NCBI RefSeq assembly: GCF_037042905.1
Contig: NC_087251.1
Coordinates: 28,956,001-29,020,000 of the forward strand
Reading direction: 5' to 3'
Length of the DNA: 64,000 bases
Origin: Lytechinus pictus
Lineage: Eukaryota
Shown here: one piece after another, positions 1-9,800 of the stretch
Position numbering within the stretch: position 1 is the stretch's first letter
Layout of the letters: each line of letters begins with the position of its first letter
Translations under genes and position numbers: made by a program
The notes under the pieces: generated by a model
Seen by the model: only the letters and a program-made list of their open reading frames with translations
Databases searched by the model: none
What the model was told of the DNA's origin: nothing

Positions 1-40
1 ATTGACGCGCACTTCATTAACTTTATCATTATGACGTACT

Positions 41-225
41 CAGGGGCCTTGGAACGGGAGGGGGGGGGGGGCCTGGGGGGCTTCAGCCCCGCCCCCACTT
101 TTTTCCAAAACCGTGTACAAAAACGTAAAAAGGATCATATGATTGTGATTTTTAGCATGGTCAGCCCCCCTTCTTTTGGCTCAGCCCCCCCCCCCCCCAC
201 TTTGGAAATCGTTCCGCGGCCCCTG
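41..225 (+). mobile_element. ~185-bp MITE with CAGGGGCC termini (copy A)
   Basis: Imperfect TIR CAGGGGCCTTGGAACG / CGTTCCGCGGCCCCTG with poly-G/poly-C interior. Flanks gacgtact / gactact resemble a degenerate TSD. An inverted second copy lies at 8323-8504. Confidence 0.8.
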
Positions 226-430
226 GACTACTTGTAAGAGCACGGAGCCAGCGCTGTCTTTATGAAGTATATTGTTGGTGCGCGGATCATTTCAGGTTTT
301 GCAACGAGAGACGATTCTACACCGCGAGCTGTGACAGCGTGTAAACGCGGTGCAAGATAAACCAAAAGTCGATTCTGCATCGGCTTTTGATTCTGAACCG
401 CGAGCCGATGCACGTTTAAACACGGTAATG

Positions 431-565
431 ATGACACAATGGTCAATAGGGTATGCACACTGATTCTTCTACGCTATGACACAATGGTCAATAGGGTATG
501 CACACTGATTCTTCTACGCTATGACACAATGGTCAATAGGGTATGCACACTGATTCTTCTACGCT
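431..565 (+). repeat. 3 x 45-bp perfect tandem repeat of a segment of the kinase upstream region
   Basis: ATGACACAATGGTCAATAGGGTATGCACACTGATTCTTCTACGCT starts at 431, 476 and 521. The segment is single-copy in the array units (e.g. ~13572-13615). Confidence 0.95.
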
Positions 566-578
566 TTCATCCGTAGAT

Positions 579-980
579 GTGCTGTTGGGTACGCGTTTTC
601 ATTTGCGGAAAGTTTTGAGCTAATGACGAAACAATGGTTGACAAGGGCGCACTTTGAATGGTAACTTTGAGTTAAAACAGTGACGTTCCTTGTCTCAGTT
701 TTGATTTAGATTTGGGAGTGCAACTATTACTTCTTCCTCGCTTTCGAAACTTTTCTTTAATGGCAAATGATCCTGATCACCGCCCAAATCACCATCCAAA
801 CTCAAATCGACAATCTCCAACGGCCAAGTATAGATGGAGGCGTGTCAAGCGATGGTTCGGAAGAAAACTACATCTACGCAGAAAGTAGTCCCTTTATCAC
901 TCATATTTTGGCATCATTTGATAATAAAATCACCATTAAAAAGCATTCATTGTTTATCATTGTTTTCTTTCGCTTACATT
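579..980 (+). pseudogene. Internally deleted relic of the kinase gene (upstream region fused to a frameshifted 3' part of the last exon)
   Basis: About 579-759 is a diverged match to the unit upstream region. It joins directly at ~760 to ATGGCAAATGATCCTGATCACCGCCC...AGAAAGTAG (760-888), which matches the last exon with a small deletion and a 2-bp insertion. 3' UTR homology follows. Coding exons 1-3 are absent. Confidence 0.9.
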
Positions 981-983
981 ATA

Positions 984-1958
984 CAGTGCGTATCAAAAAA
1001 AAGTTTACACTTAGAAAAAATCCTGTAAAATTATACATTTGTTATATCCTAAAGATTTTCCACATTTTAACATTGGTACAGGTCCATTTAAGCAAATTAC
1101 GATATAACTGTCGAAAAATATTTCCGCTTGAGTGCGCACCACTGATTTTTGGAAAGTTAGTGAAAAATGATTTGCGCAGAACTTTGAAATAGTAATGCAA
1201 ATAAAAGTAGACCTTAATCATGAAGAACACGTGGAATTTAGCTAGTAAAATTGATTTGAAGATATCTTTTACCTTTTTAAACTTGTTTCCTTGCCCAAAA
1301 CACTTCGAAGAGTGCATTGCGCCCCACCCCACTCCCCCACACACCGATGCCATAATGACGATATTTACTTTACACTGAGCTGTGATTTACATGAAATGGC
1401 TTAGGCTTGATTTTCATTTTGTTGACCATTGTCAAGCTTGGGAAAAATGTGGAGAAACAAGTATTAAACGAAAAATAAAATGTAAACCCACTTTAAATGA
1501 TAAAAACTTAGTGAAAAAATGCTGGAGATGTCTGATATTAACGTTTGTTCAGATTCAGTTATGTCCTCAGATCCAGCTGACACAAAAAGGGTAAAGGTTG
1601 TGCTTACTAAGTGTTGAAATTTCAATTTGGGTAAAAAAATGCTTGAATGTATCCATTTTATTTCAATTGACTAAAAGTGCAAGGAAAATGCATGAGAAAT
1701 GTTTCGCAGGGTAAGTTTGATTTCGCCCTTTCCCCTCGACACAGCGTGAAAACGAGCATTTCTGCGCAAACAGATTTCTACGAGCGTCACAAAAATGGAC
1801 AGTGCTCACTCAAGTCTAACATTCTGTCAAAACTTTAACTTTCATTGGATAGATGAGACCCAAACCCAAGATTATATGTGAAAAAATTACCCACATGTTG
1901 TATATTTTTTAATTCCCATGGCTTTTTCAAAGTGTAAACTTTTTTTTGATACGCACTG
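984..1958. mobile_element. 975-bp non-autonomous Tc1/mariner-type element (MITE)
   Basis: Perfect 29-bp TIR CAGTGCGTATCAAAAAAAAGTTTACACTT. TA lies on both sides (982-983, 1959-1960), and the homologous empty site in array units has one TA (cattcTAgaagaaa). No transposase ORF. Confidence 0.92.
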
Positions 1959-3807
1959 TAGAAGAAAATTTTATCAAAGTTAAGATTTTCCATCTTCAAG
2001 ATGTTTCTCTTGATAACCCTATCCACTTCATGAGATTTTATTCCATGTTGAGGTTTACTGGTATTATTTTCAACTAGAAAACAAAATGAGCTCCAAATAA
2101 ATAATAAGAACAGCAGCAGATGTAATGATGGCGACGACGATTGTGAGGAAAAGGGGGAGTAAATCATAATATCAATGATATTAAGAATAATGACAAAATG
2201 ATAAGGAGGATGTCTATTATTCTCACAAATATCACTCAAAACAATAGTAGAGATAGTGAGAAGAGGGAGAGAGGTACAAAGAGACATCGAGGGAAAGCGC
2301 GTGTGCATTTTTGCGGAAGTGAGAGTAGAATAAAAGATAGAAAGAGAGAGGGGGGGGGGATAGGGTTGTGGTGGCTATGTCTGAAGATACATAATAAAAA
2401 CGTAACCTTGAGAGGGAGACATTTAAAATTTCAAAGTGGTATCGTTATACCGTGCTCTATCTGCTATCAGCGGTAGATTCCCAACACTCCCTTAATAATT
2501 TGTACCTTAAGCCTTAATAAAATTTTCATTATAAACCATCATTGCATTATTCAAGATAATCATGAATTGTTATTCCCTCTCCTTAAGTCTACCCACTCTG
2601 AGACCTATAATTATCCTTCACTGAATGTCTCAAAATCGATATTCAAGCAGAAAGATCACTCCCTAGCAATTTCTCATCCGGCGCTGACAAGATTGATATC
2701 CAAATTCTCCTATGAAGCTTGTTTTGAAAAAATACTAGAATCACATTTTACTTCCTACATACAAAAAAATACTAACGAGCAAAATGTGTTTTAAAGGTTA
2801 TTCAACAAAAACATATAAATCATCAGAAAGTTACAGAAACTAGAATCTTACCCCGCCCCCCCCCCCCCATCACGTATTTTCATCTGTCGCTTGTCATTCT
2901 TTCTCCCTCTCCCTCAAACGTGAAATAGGCATAATTACAATGATCAAATGAAAAACACAGGAACATAACATCTGATTCGGACAAATAAAGCTCATAAAAG
3001 TGCAAGTAAGGAAAAACATGCGAATCGACACTCTTGTGTTTTCGAATCGCCAGAAAATTTTGGTTTTGTACGCTGATTCTCCGGCGCGCACAATATATTG
3101 GGAAATGTGCCGTTTGATACGCGCTCTCATTCGCTGAAAGTTTTGACCTAATATGACGACACAATGGTCAATAGGGTATGCAACACTGATTCTTCTACGC
3201 TCATGTTGGGTACGCGTTTTCATTGGCTGAAAGTTTTAAGCTAATGACGAAACAATGGTTGACAAGGGCGCACTTTGAATGGTATCTTTGAGTAACAAAC
3301 AGTGACGTTCCTTGCCTCAGTTTTGATTTAGCTCTCGGAGTGCAACTATTGCTTCTTCCTCGCTTTCGAAACTTTTCTTCAATTGAATTACCCAACTCAA
3401 TCGATTCGTTCTCAAGTAAATTGGCCATTTCTGACCAGGTAATCGAATTGCAACGGATCGCTCCTGAAAACTATCAAGTCTTATTAGATTGAGTTAAATT
3501 AATTCTTTTTACACAATAGTTTTACACCTATTCAACATGTTTTAACAAGTTATTTGCAAGAAATCCAAAATATCTAGTCAATTTACACAAGACGTAAAGA
3601 TTGACGGGAAATAATTATATTGAGGGAGAAGGAGAGAGTGAAAGAAAGAAAAAAAAGTCAAGTGATTTTCTAGTCATGTTGCTTGAAATCGAATCTAAGA
3701 ATACATATGTCGACTTACTGAACCTAACTTGTTTCAGAGCATCGCATGATTATGTCACAAATGATTTTACGTATCATTATCCAATAACTATCTCAGAAAC
3801 TTTGAAA

Positions 3808-6800
3808 ATGGCAGACATCAGTATGTCAGCTCAGAGAAAACGAAGAGCTCAACGCATGGCAAATCGGCCTCGACGACTAGCCCAAGGACCAGTGTCGGAT
3901 CACGGTGATGAGATCCTTCAAGCCATTGAGTTAGTCAAAGCTAAGCAAGAAGCTGAAGCTTACCCTGGTGGTGATTTCCTTGAGGCGAAGGACCAGGAAA
4001 CCCACACTCCTGAAAAATCGACCTCTATCTTAAGGTAGGACTTTTTTAGGGGGGGGGTGTGTTACACCCACAAATGTAATAATCGCCCACAAATGTAATA
4101 ACGCCCATAAATGTAATAACACTTTACCCACAAATGTAATAACGCCCACAAATGTAATAACACTTTACCCACAAATGTAATAATTTCACCCACAAATGTA
4201 ATAATGCACTTTACCCACAAATGTAATAATTTTGGATCGCCCACAAATGTAATAATGACTTTACCCACAAATGTAATAAATTTGAAGGGATTTTTGGCGA
4301 ATCCGTTCTCAACTAAAATCCTATAGTAATGCGTTCATATACCCATGGACCTATTGTAATAGGTCCATGATATAGCACAAAAGGGCAGTCTTTTTTCCAG
4401 ACCCGGTTAATTCGAAAATTATTATAAAAGTCCAAAGTCTTTTATCCAGACCCAGTTGTTTCAAAAATTATAATTTAAGTCCAAAGTCTTTTTCCAGACC
4501 CAGTTGTTTCAACAATTATAATATAAGTCCAAAGTCTTTTTCCAGACCCAGTTGTTTCAAAAATTATAATATAAGTCCAAAGTCTTTTTTCCAGACCCGG
4601 TTGTTTAAAAAAAAATAATACAAGTCCAAAGTCTTTTTTCCAGACCTGGTTGTTTAAAAAATAATAATACAAGTCCAAAGTCTTTTCTCCAGACCTCGTT
4701 ATTTAAAAAATGATAATACAAGTCCAAAGTCTTTTTTCAAGACCCGGTTGTTTCCAAAATTATAATATAAGTCCAAAGTCTTTTTTCCAGACCCAGTTCT
4801 TTAAAAAATTATAATATAAGTCCAAAGTCTTTTTTCCAGACCCAGTTGTTTCAAAAATTACAATATAAGTCCAAAGTATTTTTTCCAGACCCGGTCGTTT
4901 TAATAATTATAATATAAGTCCAAACTAAGATACGATAATGATATTCCAGTAGAATGGAAATGAGATTCGAGCTTAGTCTTTTCTCCAGACCCAGTTAATT
5001 AAAACTGGTGGAATTAATGTGTTTGTTGTTGTGTTAACTTATACGGCACATATTGTGAATATATATGCTAAGAGTAAATTGAGAATCAAGCAAAGTCTTT
5101 TCTCCAGACCCGTTAACTAAAAACTAAAACCATATAGTAATGCGTTCATATAGCACAAAGTGCAAAGTTTTTTTTCCAGACCTGCTTAATTCAAAAATGA
5201 TAATATAAGTCAAAGTCTTTTTTCCAGACCCGGTTGTTAAAAAAATTATAATATAAGTCCAAACGAAGATACGATAATGATATTCCAGTGGAATAAAATG
5301 TTGTTGTTTTAGCTCATACGGCACGTATCATTCAGCGGTGAATATTTGCGCAAATAAAAATAAGAATCGAGCTAAGTCTTTTCTCCAGACCCAGTTAATT
5401 AAAACTGGTGGAATAAATGTCTTTGTTGTTGTTTTAACTTATACGGCACCTATTGTGAATATATGCGCTAAGAGTAAATTGAGAATCAAGCGTAGTCTTT
5501 TCTCCAGACCCGGTTACTAAAAACTAAAAACTAAAACCCTTTACCCCACAAATGCAATAATTTCACCCATGAATGTAATAATGCATTTTACCCACATATG
5601 TAATAATTTTGATCGCCCACAAATGTAATAATGACTTTATTCACAAATGTTATAAATTTGAAGAGATTTTTGGCGATTCTGTTCTAAACTAAAACCCTAT
5701 AGTAATGCATATAGCGCAAAGTCTCAGTCTTTTTTCTCCAGACCCGGTTATATAAAACATTTAAACAATCTTCCATATAAAGATCCCAAAATTAATTCTT
5801 CTTAATGTTGAATAACATAGAAGTTTAGCGTAGTCTTTCCTCCAAACCCAAATATTTCAAATAGCAAATAAAAAATAATAAATAATAATAAAAATAAAAA
5901 AAGACCCCACGATGTTATCAATGTTGAACAAGATGTAAATATAACAAATTCTTTCCTCCAGACACAGTTATAAAAAAAATCATTCAAAAATAAAACAACA
6001 ACAACCAAAAACAGACCCGCAATCTTTTCAACATTGAATAGCGTATGTGTGTGTGTATTTGAGTTTTGTCAGACGAGTATCAATCAGATATGATTATTCA
6101 TGTCTGGGACCAACCTTTAACGTCACCATCCGAAAGACGTGACCAAGGCTCGAACCTCGAACCTCTGCATCAATTTGTATCTTCCCCACATAGCTTGGAT
6201 TACTGGCGCATGCCACAACGCCTAGTTAGCATCGAAATATGGTGAAGTCTTTGTTCCAGCCGCGGTTATTTCAAAATAGCATATCATAAAGAACAATATT
6301 AACAAAGACCCAATTATCTCATTGATGCTGAATAACCTGAAAATATAGCGTAGTCTTTCTTCAAGACCCAGTTATTTTAAAATAACAAATCATAGAAAAG
6401 ATATATAATAATAATAAAACAAAGGCCCCACAGTCTTATTGATGTTGAATAACGGGGGGGGGGGTTCTTATTTTTATTTGGCAACCAGTCAAATTTGACT
6501 ATTTTTGCCATCATAAATATTATATTATTAACGTTTGTTTTCTTTGAAGAAATAAAAAATACATGAGTAAAGTAAAATTCAAATATTTATTTATTTTCCT
6601 TTCTTTTTTTCTTCTTTTCTATGTCCTTTTTTATAGGATACCTACTAGGATTTATAGTCGAGTAGGTGTGTCTCTCAATTTAAAATCAGGGCTTTTACTG
6701 AAAATATGTTATATGGACCTACTAAGTATGCAAGGAATACCTAGGATGGAGATGACAGAGAAAGAAATTAGGAAAATCACAGCTCCAATCCTAAACCCGT

Positions 6801-9800
6801 ACGTATGGGGATACGTCTGTCCCGTTGATGTGAACATCAACGTCAGTGAAGTCTCGACCTTTCCCGGAGACAAGACGCCTTTAAATCCTAACAAGGAAAT
6901 ATAGCGTAGTCTTTCCTCCAGACCCACTTATTTCAAAATTACATATAATTTTTTAAAGAGTCAACAAGAAACAAAGACCCCCACTATCTTATTAATGTAA
7001 AAAAATAACATGGAAATATAGTGTAGTCTTTCATCCAGACCCAGATCTTTCAAATAACAAATGATGAATAATGATAATAAATTAATAATAATTATTAAAA
7101 GAACAAAAACCCACGATCCTATTCATGTTGAATAACATGGAAATATAGCGTGGTCTTTTCTCCAGACCCAGTTATAAAAAACACAGCAACAACAAAACAA
7201 AGGCCCTGCAATCTTATCAACATTGAATAGCATGGAAATATGGTGTAGTCTTTGCTCCAGACCCAGTTATTTCAAAATAGGAAAATATAAGAAACAATAA
7301 AAACAAACAGTATCAGCAAAGACCCCACAATATCACTGATGTAGAATAACGTTGTTGTTGTTGTTGTTATCTTGGATTATAAGGCGCGTATCATATGAAT
7401 AGTTACGCCTATGATTAATTTGTTGTCTTTGTGGTATGTGTTATCACATGGTTTTTATAGTTTGAAGATGTTGGGGTCTAAGTTTTAAGATTAATGTTTC
7501 CCTTAATTTGTATTTTTAAGAGAACTGGGTGTGGGGTATAGACAACACTCAAAACCCAAGCATTTTAACTGGGTTTAATTTTGAAGATTGGTCTTAGCCT
7601 TGATTTTTTTAAAATATTTGTTTATCTTTTAAATAACCGGGTCTAGACGAAAGACTAAGCATAATACTCGTGTTATTCCACAGGAATAAGAATATGACAA
7701 AGTTTTATGTTTTTAAGATTGTTGACATTATTTTTTTAAATGACTGTGTTTGAAATAAAGACAACGATCTAAACATGTGCTTTTCTACATGGTCTCAATT
7801 TGGAGGATTGTTGGTTCTTAGATTCGTTGTTGGGGGTTGGGTTTATTGCTTTTTTATTCTTGAAATAACTGTGTCTGGAGGAAAGTCTACAATCGATCTT
7901 CGTGTTACCCACAGTAATTCGATTATTGGGTATTCGTTTTGGAATATTTGTAAAAACTATTTTATTTTTTTCAAATAATAACCAAGTCTGGAGAAAAGAT
8001 GTTTGATTTACCCATGCATTATTACAATGTTTTGTAGGGGTCTTAGTATTAAAAAAAAAAAAAAAACTGGGTGTGGGGTAAAGACATATTTTTTTATTGG
8101 GTGTAACTATTGAAGATTGGTCTTAGATTTGAAGTTTTTTTAAATTCATTTTTTAAATAACCGGGTCTAGTGGAAAGAGTACGTTTTAAAACTCGTGTTA
8201 TTCCACAAGAATGAGAATATGATAGGGTCTTACGTTAGAAATATTTTTTGGTGATTTTTTACTGATTAGGTCTGGAATAAAGACAACGCTCTTAACCTCT
8301 TTTTAAAACAGGTTCTTAGGTTCAGGGACCCTGGAACGGTTTTCAAAGTGGGGGGGGGGGGCTGAGCCAAAAGTTGGGGGGCTGACCATGCTAAACATCA
8401 CAATATTATGGTCATTTTTACGTTTTTGTACACGGTTTTGGAAAAAAGTGGGGGGGGGGGGGGCTGAAGCCCCCCCAGCCCCCCCCCCGGTTCCGCGGCC
8501 CCTGAGGTTGAAGGATTGCTTGGTCTTAGATTTTTAGTTTTTTATTATTACTATTTGCGTTATTTGGAAAAAAATAACTGGGTCTGGCTGAAAGACTACG
8601 CTTTATGTCCTTGTTATCCTGCATTAATAAGATAATGGGGTCTTTATACTGTTTTTGTTGTTGTATTGTTATTTATAATTTTGGAATAACAGGGTTTGGA
8701 GAAGAGACTAAGCTCGATTTTCATTTTTATTCCACTGGAATATCATTATGGTATCTTAGTTTGGACTTATATTTTATTTTTTTAAATAACCGGGTCTGGA
8801 AAAAAGACTTTGAACTTATATTATAATTTTTGAAACAACCGGGTCTGGAAAAAAGACTTTGGACTTATATTATAATTTTTGAAACAACCGGGTCTGGAAA
8901 AAAGGCCTTGGACTTATATATTTTTTTTAATCAACCGGGTCTGAAAAAAGACTTTGACTTATATTATGATTTTTGAATTAACCAGGTCTGAAAAAAAGAC
9001 TTTGCACTTTTGTGCTATATAAATGCATTACTATAGGGTTTTAGTTTTTAGTTTTAAGTAACCGGGTCTGGAGGAGACTACGCTTGGTTCTGAATTTACT
9101 CTTAGCGCATATATTCACAATACGCGCCATATAACTTGAAACAACAACAAAGACATTTAGTCCACCAGCTTTAATTAAGTGGGTCTGGAAAAAAGACTAA
9201 GCTTGATTCTCATTTTCATTCCACTGGAATATCATTATCGTATCTTAGTTTGGGTTTGGACTTATATTATGATTTTTGAAATAACCGGGTCTGGAAAAAA
9301 CTATGGACTTATATTATAATTTTTTAAACAATTGGGTCTGGAAAAAAGACTTTGGACTTATGTTATATTTTTTTAATAACCGGGTCTGGAAAAAAGACTG
9401 CACTTTTGTGCTAAATGAACGCATTACTACAGGGTTTTAGTTTTTAATTTTAAGTAACTGGGTCTGGAGAAAAGACTACGCTTGATTCTCAATTTACTCT
9501 TAGCGCATATATTCACAATACGCGCCGTATAAGTTAAAACAACAACAAGACATTAATTCCACAAGTTTTAATCACCTGGGTCTGGAGCAAAGACTAAGCT
9601 TGATTCTCATTTTTATTCCACTGGAATATCATTATCGTATCTTAGTTTGGACTTATATTATAATTTTCTAAATAACCGGGTCTGGAAAAAAAGACTTTGG
9701 AATTATATTATAATTTTTGAAATAACCTGGTCTGGAAAAAAAGACTTTGGACGTATTTCATATTTTTTTAACAACCGGGTCTGGAAAAAAGACTTTGGAC

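Noticed and set aside
4066..4925. CRISPR-like array
   Set aside because: The repeats are contiguous or have short related linkers rather than unique spacers. There are no cas genes, the context is eukaryotic, and the repeats are mirrored as transposon arms.
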